Part shown: positions 1 through 10,579 of the stretch, one piece after another
How positions within the stretch are numbered: the stretch's first letter is position 1
Layout: the number at the start of each line of letters is the position of its first letter
DNA from: Mycobacterium tuberculosis H37Rv
GTDB taxonomy: Bacteria > Actinomycetota > Actinomycetes > Mycobacteriales > Mycobacteriaceae
Assembly (NCBI RefSeq): GCF_000195955.2
Contig: NC_000962.3
Coordinates: 3,150,001-3,182,000 of the forward strand
DNA length: 32,000 nt
Direction: 5' to 3'
The notes under the pieces: generated by a model
What the model saw: the letters and a program-made list of their open reading frames with translations, nothing else
Databases searched by the model: none
Told to the model about the DNA's origin: nothing
Made by a program: the position numbers and the translations under genes

Positions 1-170
1 CCGGTCATCTAGCGGAGGCGCCGCCAGGGCGGCTCCCAGTGTCCCGCCGGCACGCAGCAGCCGGCGTAGCTACCAACGATACGCCAGGAATCACGAATGA
101 CGCCGTGATCACGCCGTTCAACGTCTCGCCTGCCTTCGTAGCGGCGTCTTTCTGATGGCAGGATGTTGCT

Positions 171-716
171 GTGCTTAGAGCAGCACCAGTCATCAACCGG
201 CTCACGAATCGACCCATCAGCAGGCGGGGTGTGCTGGCCGGTGGCGCCGCGCTGGCCGCACTGGGAGTGGTGTCCGCCTGCGGCGAGTCCGCGCCCAAGG
301 CACCCGCGGTCGAAGAGCTGCGCTCGCCGTTGGACCAGGCCCGACACGACGGTGCGCTCGCAGCTGCCGCCGCCACAGCCATCGGGATCCCGCCGCAGGT
401 TGCCGCCGCGCTGACCGTCGTCGCCACTCAGCGAACCTCGCATGCTCGAGCGCTGGCCACCGAGATCGCCCGGGCCGCGGGCAAGCTGGTATCCGCTACG
501 AGCGAAACCAGCAGCTCCAGTCCCAGCCCAACCGATCCGGCGGCACCGCCACCAGCGGTGTCCGACGTGATCGATTCGCTGCGCACGTCAGCGGGGGAAG
601 CCAGTCGACTAGTGGCGACGACATCGGGCTACCGAGCAGGGTTGCTCGCCTCCATTGCCGCGTCCTGCACCGCCTCCTATACGGTTGCGCTCGTGCCTTC
701 AGGCCCGTCGATATGA
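171..716 (+). CDS. Alanine-rich lipoprotein-like exported protein (Rv2843-like), Tat-type signal with lipobox
   Basis: 181-aa ORF; N-terminus SRRGVLAGGAALAALGVVSACG combines a twin-arginine-like motif, hydrophobic stretch and lipobox VSAC; 4-bp overlap with next gene. Confidence 0.8.
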   Translation: MLRAAPVINRLTNRPISRRGVLAGGAALAALGVVSACGESAPKAPAVEELRSPLDQARHDGALAAAAATAIGIPPQVAAALTVVATQRTSHARALATEIARAAGKLVSATSETSSSSPSPTDPAAPPPAVSDVIDSLRTSAGEASRLVATTSGYRAGLLASIAASCTASYTVALVPSGPSI

Positions 717-1201
717 CCTCGTCCGAACCCGCCCACGGTGCCACACCGAAGAGGTCCCCCTCCGAGGGGAGCGCCGACAACGCGGCGCTGTGCGATGCGC
801 TTGCCGTCGAACACGCCACCATTTACGGCTACGGCATCGTCTCCGCGCTCTCGCCCCCTGGTGTCAACTTCTTGGTGGCGGACGCGTTGAAGCAGCACCG
901 CCACCGCCGAGACGACGTGATCGTGATGCTGTCCGCGCGCGGAGTCACCGCCCCGATCGCTGCCGCCGGTTACCAGCTGCCCATGCAGGTCAGCAGCGCG
1001 GCCGACGCGGCACGACTAGCAGTGCGGATGGAGAACGACGGGGCAACGGCCTGGCGGGCGGTTGTCGAGCATGCCGAGACGGCCGATGACCGGGTGTTCG
1101 CTTCGACGGCTCTGACCGAGAGCGCGGTGATGGCCACCCGCTGGAACAGGGTGCTGGGCGCCTGGCCCATCACCGCGGCCTTTCCGGGCGGGGACGAATA
1201 G
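713..1201 (+). CDS. Ferritin-like helical protein of the DUF4439 type (Rv2844-like)
   Basis: 162-aa ORF; helical, E/H-containing segments (LAVEHATIYGYG, VVEHAETADD); translationally coupled to the upstream ORF. Confidence 0.75.
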   Translation: MTSSEPAHGATPKRSPSEGSADNAALCDALAVEHATIYGYGIVSALSPPGVNFLVADALKQHRHRRDDVIVMLSARGVTAPIAAAGYQLPMQVSSAADAARLAVRMENDGATAWRAVVEHAETADDRVFASTALTESAVMATRWNRVLGAWPITAAFPGGDE

Positions 1202-2950
1202 CTACCCGGTGACGGCCGCTGCGATATCGGTGGCCAGCGAGGCGCCGGCAACCAGCTCGCGAGTCTGACCGCTGAACCGGTCGCGCAGCTCGACCACGCC
1301 GTCCGCCCAGCCGCGCCCCACGACAACGATCCAGGGCATACCCAACAGCTCGGCATCTTTGAACTTGACGCCGGGCGATGCCTGGCGGTCGTCCAGCAAC
1401 ACCTCAACCCCCAGCCGATCCAGATCGGCGGCCAGCGCGGTCGCCCCGGCGCGAGCCTGCGCGTCCTTGTTCGCGATCACCAGGTGAACATCGAACGGCG
1501 CGACCGTCGACGGCCAGCGAAGGCCCAGCTCGTCGTGGTGCTGCTCGGCAACGACGGCAACCAACCGAGACACACCGATGCCGTAGGAACCCATGGTCAA
1601 CCGCACAGGCTTGCCATCCTCGCCGAGCACGTCGGCGGTGAAGGCGTCGGTGTATTTGCTCCCCAGCTGGAAGATGTGCCCAATTTCGATACCGCGCGCC
1701 ATGACCAGCGGACCGGCGCCGTCGGGAGATGGATCGCCTTCGCGCACCTCGGCGGCCTCAATGGTGCCGTCTGCGGTGAAGTCGCGGCCGGCCACCAAAC
1801 CGACAACATGGCGGCCGGGTTGGTCCGCCCCGGTGATCCAGCTGGTGCCGTCGACTATCCGCGGGTCGACGAGATAGCGGACATTGTTCTCCCGCAACGC
1901 CTTTGGCCCGATATAACCCTTAACCAGGAACGGGTGCTTGGCGAAATCATCGTCGTCGAGCAACGCGTAGTCAGCCGGTTCCAGCGCTGCGCCCAACCTT
2001 TTGTCATCGACCTCACGGTCGCCGGGCACGCCGATTGCCAGCAGTTCGGTGTCCCCTCCCGGCTGTCGGACTTTGATTAAGACGTTCTTCAGGGTGTCCG
2101 CGGCGGTCACCGTGCGGCCGAGATCGGCCTCGTTGGCCCAGGCCACCAGGCTGGCGATGGTTGGGGTGTCGCCGGTGTCGTGGACCACCGCCTCGGGCAG
2201 CCCATCGATGGGCAGGGTGTCCGGGCGGGCGGTGACAACCGCCTCGACGTTGGCCGCATAACCCGACTCGAGGCACCGGACAAATGCGTCCTCCCCGGAC
2301 GGACTCTCAGCCAAGAACTCTTCGGACGCACTGCCGCCCATCGCCCCGGACACTGCCGAAACGATGACATAGCGCACCTGAAGTCGGTCAAATATGCGCT
2401 GGTAGGCCTCCCGGTGAGCGTGGTAGGCCGCCTTCAGCCCGGCGGCGTCGATGTCAAAGGAGTAGGAGTCCTTCATGACGAACTCCCGAGCGCGCAGGAT
2501 GCCGGCCCGCGGCCGCGCCTCGTCGCGGTACTTGGTCTGGATTTGGTACAGCGTGAGCGGGAAGTCCTTGTAGGAGCTGTACTCGCCCTTCACGGTCAGG
2601 GTGAACAGCTCTTCGTGGGTGGGGCCCAGCAGGTAGTCGTTGCCGCGGCGGTCCTTGAGCCGAAACACGCTGTCGCCGTATTGGGTCCACCGGTTGGTCG
2701 TCTCGTACGGTGCCCGCGGCAGCAGGGCAGGAAATAGGATCTCCTGTCCACCGATGGCGTTCATCTCGTCGCGGATGACCCGTTCTATGTTGCGCAGCAC
2801 TCGCAGGCCGAGCGGTAACCAGCTGTACAGCCCGGGCGCGACGGGCCGGATGTAGCCGGCCCGGATCAGCAGTTTGTGGCTGGCCACTTCGGCGTCGGCG
2901 GGATCGTCGCGCAGGGTGCGCAAGAACAACTCGGACATCCGGGTGATCAC
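1202..2950 (-). CDS. proS: Prolyl-tRNA synthetase
   Basis: Open frame reaches 3184, but protein homology begins at [40 protein letters not shown] (GTG start, 582 aa); class II aaRS motifs ([30 protein letters not shown]). Confidence 0.95.
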
Positions 2951-3038
2951 AGGCGGCAAGCCTAATTCGCCGAGCAGACGCAAAAGCGCCCAGGTCTGCC
3001 CGAAAAGGGGAGCTTTTATGACTGCTCGGCGGGAAGGG

Positions 3039-4631
3039 TTACAGCTCGCCGGCGTCGATCGCTTCCTTGACCTCCTGCGCATGGGCAACCTGCTGCGGCG
3101 TATACCCGATAAACAGCGCCATACCGCCGACGATGATGGCCGCTCCGGCCACCCACAGCAGGCCGTAGGTGTAGGCGTGGTCAAGCGCGGCCAACTGCAC
3201 GTCGTTCATGAACTTCACCGGACCGGTGGTACCGCCCAGGTACAGCGTGCGCGACGTGATCACAGCCTGGATGACGGCGAGCACCAGCGGACCGCCCAGG
3301 CTCTGCAGCATCAGCGCAATTGCCGATACCGGACCGATCTGGTCGAAGCCGACGCCAGCGATCGCCGACAGAGTCAGCGGGACGACGGCCATGCCGATGC
3401 CAATCCCGCCGACGACGATCGGCATGACCAGGTTGGGGAAGTAGGGCACACCACGGTGCATGAAAAATGAGCCGTACAGCATGGCGCCGAATAGCAGATA
3501 TCCGCCGCCGATGGTCAACACCCGTGGCGAAAACCGGGACACCAGCTGCGAGGACACACCTAGGCCGATTCCCATCGCGATGACGAACGGGATGAAACCT
3601 ACGCCCGCGCGTAGCGCGCTGTAGCCCAAGATGTCCTGCACGTACAGGCCGATGCAGACGGTCAGGCTGAACATGACGCCGCCGGCCAACAGGATCGCGC
3701 TGAACGTGACCAACCGGTTGCGGTCGCGGAACAAGTGGAACGGCACGACGGGGTTCTCGGCAGTGCGCTCCACGATGACAAACGCGACAGCGGCCGCCAA
3801 GGCCACCAGGCCCGAACCGATGGTAATGCCTGACATCCAGCCCTTTTCAGGACCGATCGAGAAGGCGAAAACCGCCGCGGTGCATGCCAGCGTGGCCAGT
3901 ATGGCCCCGGTGGCGTCGAGCTTCATCCGTTCTTTGTTGGTTTCCCGTAGGGCGGTGCGGGCCAGGTAGATCATCACCAGCCCGATCGGCACGTTCACCA
4001 GGAACGCCCACCGCCATGACACCTCGGTCAGTGCTCCGCCGACCACCAGCCCCATCACCGACCCGATCGCGGTCATCGCGGCGAACACCGCCGTCGCGGC
4101 GTTGCGGGCAGGTCCCTTGGGGAACGTGGTCGCCACCAGCGCCAGACCGGTCGGAGATGCGATGGCCGACCCCACACCCTGGGACAACCGGGCGATCACC
4201 AACGTCGCCTCGTCCCAGGCGACCGCGCACAGCACCGACGAGATGGTGAATAGCGCAACGCCAACAATGAAGGTGCGTTTGCGCCCGATGGTGTCGCCAA
4301 GCCGGCCGCCGAGCAGCATCAGCCCGCCGAAGGTCAGCACGTAGGCGGTGATCACCCAGCTGCGGCCGGCATCAGACAAGCTCAGCTCGTTTTGAATCTT
4401 AGGTAGCGCGACGATGGCGACGGTGCTGTCCATGGTCGCCAGCAGCTGCATCCCGCCGATAGCAATAACCGCAGCGATAAAGCTGCGCGAGGGCAGCCAA
4501 GTCGGGTAGTACCTGCTGGGGCGCTCTGAAGCGGTCTCCTCCGAGCGCGGCGGGCGCATCGGGGCCGGACGGTGTGGGCGTCCGGCTGTCCAGTTACGGA
4601 CCGCCCGCTCTGTGTCGTTGAGAGCCGTCAT
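3039..4631 (-). CDS. efpA: MFS efflux pump of the QacA/14-TM type
   Basis: 530-aa ORF with many TM segments and MFS motif [14 protein letters not shown]; matches mycobacterial EfpA. Confidence 0.95.
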   Translation of the reverse strand: MTALNDTERAVRNWTAGRPHRPAPMRPPRSEETASERPSRYYPTWLPSRSFIAAVIAIGGMQLLATMDSTVAIVALPKIQNELSLSDAGRSWVITAYVLTFGGLMLLGGRLGDTIGRKRTFIVGVALFTISSVLCAVAWDEATLVIARLSQGVGSAIASPTGLALVATTFPKGPARNAATAVFAAMTAIGSVMGLVVGGALTEVSWRWAFLVNVPIGLVMIYLARTALRETNKERMKLDATGAILATLACTAAVFAFSIGPEKGWMSGITIGSGLVALAAAVAFVIVERTAENPVVPFHLFRDRNRLVTFSAILLAGGVMFSLTVCIGLYVQDILGYSALRAGVGFIPFVIAMGIGLGVSSQLVSRFSPRVLTIGGGYLLFGAMLYGSFFMHRGVPYFPNLVMPIVVGGIGIGMAVVPLTLSAIAGVGFDQIGPVSAIALMLQSLGGPLVLAVIQAVITSRTLYLGGTTGPVKFMNDVQLAALDHAYTYGLLWVAGAAIIVGGMALFIGYTPQQVAHAQEVKEAIDAGEL

Positions 4632-4653
4632 AGCGGGTTACCTTACAGTATTC

Positions 4654-5871
4654 TTAAGAATTGTTTAAACCCCGAACGCCGCTCAGGCCGACTACAGCCC
4701 CGATCACGATGATCGCGGGAGGTCGGATCCCCGCCGCGCGGACCTTCTCCGGCGTGTCGGCAAGGGTGGCCCGCAACGTCTGTTGAGCGGCGGTCGTTCC
4801 GTGTTGAACCACCAGTACCGGCGTATCCGCAGTTCGGCCACCCTTTAGCAGAACGTCAACGAAAAGCTCGATGCGTTCGACCGCCATCAGCAAAACGATG
4901 GTGCCCGTCAATGCAGCCAATGCATCCCAATTCACTAACGATTCGGGATGACCGGGCGCAAGATGGCCACTGACCACCACGAATTCGTGGGTCATGGCCC
5001 GGTGAGTGACTGGAACGCCCGCCATAGCGGGCACGGCTATGGCACTCGTCACACCTGGCACCACGGTGACCGGGATTCCGGCGTGGGCACATGCCAGCAC
5101 TTCTTCATAGCCCCGGGCGAACACGAAGGGGTCGCCCCCTTTGAGACGGACCACAAAGTTGCCGGATCTGGCCCGTTCGATCAGGACAGCGTTGATCGCG
5201 TCCTGGGCCATGGCCCGGCCGTAAGGGATCTTGGCCGCGTCGATGACTTCTACGTGCGGCGGCAGCTCGGCCAGCAGTTCGGGCGGGGCGAGCCGGTCGG
5301 CGACCACGACATCGGCCTGGGCAAGCAGCCGGCGACCGCGAACCGTGATCAGTTCGGGATCGCCGGGACCGCCGCCGACCAACGCCACTCCGCCGCTGAG
5401 GACGTCGGAACTCTGCGCAGTGATGACGCCCTGCTGCAACGCCTCCCGGATTGCCGAGCGGATCGCCGCCGAACGGCGGTGCTCACCACCGGCGAGCACC
5501 CCCACCGACAGGCCCGCATAGCTGAATGACGCCGGGGTCACCGCCGTCCCCTCCACCGCGATATCGGCCCGGACGCAAAAGATCCGTCGGCGCTCCGCCT
5601 CGGCGACGACAGCCACGTTCACCCGCGCGTCATCGGTGGCCGCGATCGCATACCAGGCGCCGTCAAGGTCGCCGTCGCGGTAGTCACGCACCGACAAGGT
5701 GATCTGGTCCATCGCCTCGACGGCGGGGGTGACGCTGGGGGCGATCACGTGCACGTCCGCGCCACTGGCGATCAGCAGGGGTAACCGGCGCTGGGCGACC
5801 GTGCCCCCGCCAACCACGACGACCTTCTTGCCAGCCAGCCGTAACCCGACCAGATAGGGGTTCTCGGTCAC
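4654..5871 (-). CDS. cysG: Siroheme synthase / uroporphyrinogen-III C-methyltransferase
   Basis: 405 aa; N-terminal NAD-binding GGGTVAQRR, C-terminal SUMT motifs VGGGPGDPELITVRG and VVRLKGGDPFVFARGYEE. Confidence 0.95.
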   Translation of the reverse strand: MTENPYLVGLRLAGKKVVVVGGGTVAQRRLPLLIASGADVHVIAPSVTPAVEAMDQITLSVRDYRDGDLDGAWYAIAATDDARVNVAVVAEAERRRIFCVRADIAVEGTAVTPASFSYAGLSVGVLAGGEHRRSAAIRSAIREALQQGVITAQSSDVLSGGVALVGGGPGDPELITVRGRRLLAQADVVVADRLAPPELLAELPPHVEVIDAAKIPYGRAMAQDAINAVLIERARSGNFVVRLKGGDPFVFARGYEEVLACAHAGIPVTVVPGVTSAIAVPAMAGVPVTHRAMTHEFVVVSGHLAPGHPESLVNWDALAALTGTIVLLMAVERIELFVDVLLKGGRTADTPVLVVQHGTTAAQQTLRATLADTPEKVRAAGIRPPAIIVIGAVVGLSGVRGLNNS

Positions 5872-5882
5872 CCGCCAAGCCT

Positions 5883-6089
5883 AGTGGCGATCGCAAGCGC
5901 GGGGACCGGGCGCCGCGGGTCGCCACCATCAGGGCCAGTGGCGATCGCAAGCGCGGGGACCGGGCGCCGCGGGTCGCCACCATCAGGGCCAGTGGCGATC
6001 GCAAGCGCGGGGACCGGGCGCCGCGGGTCGCCACCATCAGGGCCAGTGGCGATCGCAAGCGCGGGGACCGGGCGCCGCGGGTCGCCACC
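5883..6089. repeat. 54-bp tandem repeat (VNTR), about 3.8 copies, in the cysG-cobB intergenic region
   Basis: Unit AGTGGCGATCGCAAGCGCGGGGACCGGGCGCCGCGGGTCGCCACCATCAGGGCC starts at 5883, 5937, 5991 and 6045. Copies are identical by eye; the last ends at GTCGCCACC. Confidence 0.98.
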
Positions 6090-6104
6090 CCTTTGGCCGC
6101 GAAT

Positions 6105-6151
6105 GTAACGCCACTGCGAATTTCCGGCCCGGCTTTTCGCAGTGCCGTTAC
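6105..6151. repeat. Imperfect inverted repeat / stem-loop overlapping the cobB stop
   Basis: GTAACGCCACTGCGAA (6105-6120) pairs with TTCGCAGTGCCGTTAC (6136-6151), 15/16 matches, 15-nt loop. Confidence 0.85.
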
Positions 6152-7521
6152 GCTCGTGGAGTATTGCAGGCCGCATGTGCGACGAAACGCGCCACCGCAC
6201 CGGGTGTTGCGGCCGGATGGGTATGCAGGTAGGACGCGTGCACGCCGCTGTGCACCGCGCCGTCTCGCACGTCGTCCACGTCTTGGCCCTGGTACACCCA
6301 CGCGGGCTGATAGCTATCGGCGAATGTGACTGCGGTTCGGTGGAATTCATGTCCAACCACGCGCTCGCCGACGGAGTACAGCGCCGAATCAACAACCGCG
6401 ACGGCGTCGCGATAACCCAGCTTGAGATGCTGGGTGAACCGCGCCGATCCGGCCACCACACCGCACATCGGGTGTCCGTCGAGTTCAGAAACCAGATAGA
6501 GCAGGCCGGCACATTCGGCATGCACCGGGGCGCCGGCAGCGGCCAGTTCGTTGATCTGCCGCCGGACGGTGTCGTTGGCGGACAACTCGGCGGTGAACTG
6601 CTCGGGGAATCCGCCGGGCAACACCACCGCGTCCGTACCCTCGGGCAGAGTTTCGCTGAGCGGGTCGAACTCGACCACTTCAGCCCCGGCGGCGCGCAAC
6701 ATCTCGGCGTGTTCGGCGTAGCCGAAGGTAAACGCCCTTCCGGCCGCGATGGCAACCGTGGCTGGCTGGCGGGCGGTGTTGCCGACGGCAATCACCGGGT
6801 CCCATGGCGGGTGGGCCGCCTGGCTCCCGGCGCAGGCGATCACCGCGGCCAGATCGACGTGGCGAGCGACCACAGCAGTCATCGCCTGCACGGCGAGCCG
6901 TGCGCGACGGCCGTACTCGACGGCGGTAACCAGACCCAGATACCTTGTCGGCAGCTCTAGTTCAGCTGTGCGTGGAATGGCGCCCAAGACCGCGACACCG
7001 GCCTGGTCACACGCCTGTCGCAGCACCTGTTCATGTCGGGCCGATCCGACCCGGTTGAGGATGACACCGGCGATCCGAGTTGCGGTGTCGAACGTGGAAA
7101 AGCCGTGCAGCAGTGCGGCAACGCTGTGACTCTGGCCGCGGGCATCGACCACCAGGATCACCGGGGCGCCAAGCAGAGCAGCGACGTGCGCGGTGGACCC
7201 CGCTGCGGGCGCGCCCCCGGCAGGCCCAATGCGCCCGTCGAACAGCCCCAGCACCCCTTCGATCACGGCGATGTCCGCGCCCGCAACTCCATGCGCGTAC
7301 AGGGGGCCGATAAGCCGCTCCCCCACCAGTACCGGGTCGAGATTGCGGCCGGGCCGTCCCGCGGCCAGGGCGTGATAGCCGGGGTCGATAAAATCCGGGC
7401 CTACCTTAAACGGCGCGACGGTGTGACCGGCCTGCCGCAGCGCTCCGATCAAGCCCGTCGCGATCGTGGTCTTACCGCTGCCCGACGCAGGCGCGGCGAC
7501 GGCCACCGCGGATACCCGCAT
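6148..7521 (-). CDS. cobB: Cobyrinic / hydrogenobyrinic acid a,c-diamide synthase
   Basis: 457 aa from MRVSAVAVAAPASGSGKTTIATGLIGALRQAG; GATase motif HAECAGLLYL. Confidence 0.93.
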   Translation of the reverse strand: MRVSAVAVAAPASGSGKTTIATGLIGALRQAGHTVAPFKVGPDFIDPGYHALAAGRPGRNLDPVLVGERLIGPLYAHGVAGADIAVIEGVLGLFDGRIGPAGGAPAAGSTAHVAALLGAPVILVVDARGQSHSVAALLHGFSTFDTATRIAGVILNRVGSARHEQVLRQACDQAGVAVLGAIPRTAELELPTRYLGLVTAVEYGRRARLAVQAMTAVVARHVDLAAVIACAGSQAAHPPWDPVIAVGNTARQPATVAIAAGRAFTFGYAEHAEMLRAAGAEVVEFDPLSETLPEGTDAVVLPGGFPEQFTAELSANDTVRRQINELAAAGAPVHAECAGLLYLVSELDGHPMCGVVAGSARFTQHLKLGYRDAVAVVDSALYSVGERVVGHEFHRTAVTFADSYQPAWVYQGQDVDDVRDGAVHSGVHASYLHTHPAATPGAVARFVAHAACNTPRA

Positions 7522-8144
7522 CACCACTCGATGCCCTTCTGCCCCTTGCGGCCCGCATCCATCGGGTGCTTCACCTTGGTCATCTCGGTCACCAGATCGG
7601 CGGCCGCAACCAACCGCTGGGGTGCGTCTCGCCCGGTGATCACCACATGCTGATGGCCAGGCCGGGCTCGCAGGACATCGACGACTTCGTCGACGTCGAG
7701 CCAACCCCACTTCAGTGGGTAGGTGAACTCGTCCAGCAGATAGAAGTCGTGACGTTGCGTGGCCAGCCGGAGCGCGATCTCGGCCCAACCGTCCGCCGCC
7801 GCGGCCGCACGATCGACGTCGGTGCCGGCCTTGCGAGACGTACGTGTCCAGGACCAGCCCGCACCCATCTTGTGCCACTCCACCGCTCCGCCGATCCCGT
7901 GCTGGTCGTGCAGCCGGCCCAGTTGACGAAACGCCGCCTCCTCACCCACTTTCCACTTAGCGCTCTTGACAAACTGAAACACCGCGATGTCCAGACCAGC
8001 GTTCCACGCCCGCAACGCCATTCCGAACGCCGCGGTCGATTTTCCTTTGCCTTCACCGGTGTGTACCGCCAGTATCGGCATGTTGCGCCGGGCCCGGGTG
8101 GTCAGGCCATCGTTGGGCACTGCGAGCGGATTGCCCTGCGGCAT
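7521..8144 (-). CDS. cobO: Cob(I)alamin adenosyltransferase (CobA/CobO/BtuR family)
   Basis: 207 aa with HTGEGKGKSTAAFGMALRAWNAG and DEFTYPLKWGWLDVDEV; 1-nt overlap with the cobB start. Confidence 0.94.
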   Translation of the reverse strand: MPQGNPLAVPNDGLTTRARRNMPILAVHTGEGKGKSTAAFGMALRAWNAGLDIAVFQFVKSAKWKVGEEAAFRQLGRLHDQHGIGGAVEWHKMGAGWSWTRTSRKAGTDVDRAAAAADGWAEIALRLATQRHDFYLLDEFTYPLKWGWLDVDEVVDVLRARPGHQHVVITGRDAPQRLVAAADLVTEMTKVKHPMDAGRKGQKGIEW

Positions 8145-8164
8145 GTGTGGTTACCTATCCATCG

Positions 8165-10054
8165 TCAAGCCACGCCACGCACGGCATGCACTAGATAATC
8201 CGCGTGCAACTGCTCCAACCGAACCACCGGCGCACCCAGCTGACGAGCCAGTTGCGCTGCCAAACCCAGCCGTACATACGACGTTTCGCAGTCCACCACC
8301 ACCGCGGCCGCGCCCTCGGCGACCAGCCCGGCAGCCGCGGTTCGGCTGCGGCCCAACGGGTCCGGCCCGGCGGTGGCCCGGCCGTCGGTCAGCACGACCA
8401 CCAGGGGGCGTCGGGCGCGGTCGCGTACCTTCTCCCGGATGATCAGCGCACGCGCGGCCAGCAGTCCCTCAGCCAGCGGGGTCTTGCCGCCGGTGCTGAA
8501 TCGGGCCAGTCGCCGGCCGGCGATGTGCGCCGACGACGTCGGCGACAGCAACAGCGTTGCCTCGTGCTGGCGGAAGGTGATCACCGCCACCTTGTCCCTG
8601 CGCTGGTAGGCGTCGCGCAGCAGCGACAGGGTGGCGCCACTGACCGCAGCCATCCGGTCCCGAGCAGCCATCGATCCGGAAGCGTCGACGACGAAGATCA
8701 CCAGATTGCCTTCGCGACCCTCGCGGATGGCCCGGCGCACATCGTCCGGCCACGGGCGCAACGGCCCGGCTCCGAACGCACGCTCGCCGGCGGCCAGCAG
8801 GGTAGCGAACAGGTGCAGTCCATGTGCGTCGGGGTCGCTGACCTCGGCGGCCGCCACCACACTGCCCGAGGCGTTGCGGGCCCGAGACCGTCGCCCCGGC
8901 GCGCCCGTGCCGACCCCCGGGACCCGCAGCGCGCGGGTCCGGAATATCTTTGACGGCGGCGCGCTCGGGCGCGGCGACGATCGCAAGCGCGGCGAAGCCG
9001 GGCGCGGCGGGTCGTCGCCCATCGAGCTCGGCGCACCAGGTTCTGTCGACTTCGAGCGTGAGTTCGGTTGTGAGGCAGGTTCATTGGCTGACTGGCCGCC
9101 CCCGGGCGGATCGGGCTCGGGCTCTGGGTCGACGCTCGCCAGCGCCAGCGCCTCATCCAGCTGGTCGCGGTCGATGCCGTGATCGTCGAACGGGTCGCGA
9201 CGACGACGATGCGGCAACGCCAGTTCTGCTGCCGCCCGGATATCCTGCTCCTCAACGGTGCGGACACCACGCCAGGCGGCGTGCGCGGCGGCGGTCCGGG
9301 CCACTACCAGATCGGCCCGCATGCCGTCCACGTCGAACGCCGCGCACAACGCAGCGATGCGCCGCAACTCGTTGTCGCCCAACACCACATCGTCTACCGT
9401 GGCCCGGGCCGCGGCAATCCGGTGGGCCAGCTCCGCGTCGGCGTCGGCATAGCGTGCGACGAACGCATCCGGGTCGGCTTCGTAGGCCATCCGCCGGCGG
9501 ATGACCTGTACCCGCACGTCGATGTCACGTGACGCCTGCACGTCGACGGTCAGCCCGAACCGGTCCAGCAGCTGCGGACGCAGTTCGCCCTCCTCCGGAT
9601 TCATCGTGCCGATCAGCACGAAACGGGCCTCGTGGGAATGGGAGATGCCGTCGCGTTCGACGTGTACGCGTCCCATGGCGGCGGCGTCGAGCAGGATGTC
9701 AACCAGGTGATCATGCAGCAGATTGACCTCGTCGACGTAGAGCACGCCGCCGTGGGCGCGAGCCAGCAGTCCCGGAGAGAACGCGTGCTCGCCGTCGCGC
9801 ATCACCCGCTGCAGATCCAGCGAGCCAACCACCCGGTCTTCGGTGGCCCCCAGCGGCAGCTCCACGAGGCCGGTCTCGGTGCTCCCGGTCGCGACCGACA
9901 ACAACGCGGCCAGCCCGCGCACCGCCGTCGATTTCGCCGTGCCCTTCTCGCCACGGATGAGCGCCCCACCGATCTCCGGTCGCACGGCACACAACAACAA
10001 CGCGAGCCGCAGCCGATCGTGCCCGACGATCGCGCTGAACGGATAAGGCTTCAC
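8165..10054 (-). CDS. Magnesium/cobalt chelatase-like protein: AAA+ (ChlI-like) domain plus C-terminal vWA (ChlD-like) domain
   Basis: 629 aa; Walker [21 protein letters not shown], and MIDAS motif [15 protein letters not shown]. Confidence 0.88.
8974..9020. repeat. Single copy of the dispersed palindromic repeat inside the Rv2850c-like CDS
   Basis: GGCGACGATCGCAAGCGCGGCGAAGCCGGGCGCGGCGGGTCGTCGCCC, close to the VNTR unit at 21468. Confidence 0.85.
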
Positions 10055-10521
10055 GGCCGCTCCACCTGACCGGAGCCGGGCCGCAACATGGGCACATGCG
10101 GGATGCCGTCGTCCAGGAACTCGTCACCGTCGCGGACGAAGCCGTGCTGGGCATACATGGCCGTCAGGTAGGCCTGTGCATCAATCCGACAGGGGTAGTC
10201 GCCCACCTCGGCCAGTGCCGCGCACAGCAGCCGGTTGGAGTGGCCCTGTCCGCGGGCGTCGCGTTTAGTGCACAGCCGGCCGATCCGGAAGACCTTCTCA
10301 CCCCCGGCGTGCTCTTCCATCAGGCGTAGCGTGCACGTCACCTCTCCGTCGGGCGTTTCCAACCAGAAATGCCTGGTCTCGGCAAGCAGGTCACGCCCGT
10401 CTAGCTCCGGGTATGGGCAGGCCTGTTCGACAACGAACACCTCCACCCTCAACTTGAGCAGCTCGTAAAGGGCCCGGGCGTCAAGGTCTTTGGCCCAGAC
10501 GCGGCGCAGTGCTTCGGTCAT
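10051..10521 (-). CDS. GNAT family N-acetyltransferase
   Basis: 156 aa from [41 protein letters not shown]; GNAT motif [20 protein letters not shown]. Confidence 0.88.
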
Positions 10522-10579
10522 AAGCGCCGCTCTCCCCCGCAAGCGGGCGGTACCCCCACTGTATCGTCGCCGGCGCGGG

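Noticed and set aside
2951-3184. N-terminal extension of proS and possible extra ORF
   Set aside because: Homology starts at the GTG at 2950; the extension overlaps the efpA 3' end and has no ProRS-like sequence.
5883-6089. Possible CRISPR array (regular direct repeats)
   Set aside because: Copies are contiguous and near identical over the full 54-bp period with no unique spacers and no cas genes nearby; this is a VNTR.
5684-6791. ORFs spanning the repeat array (205 aa and 307 aa on minus, 74 aa on plus)
   Set aside because: They consist largely of translated repeat sequence and overlap cysG or cobB in other frames; no recognisable protein features.
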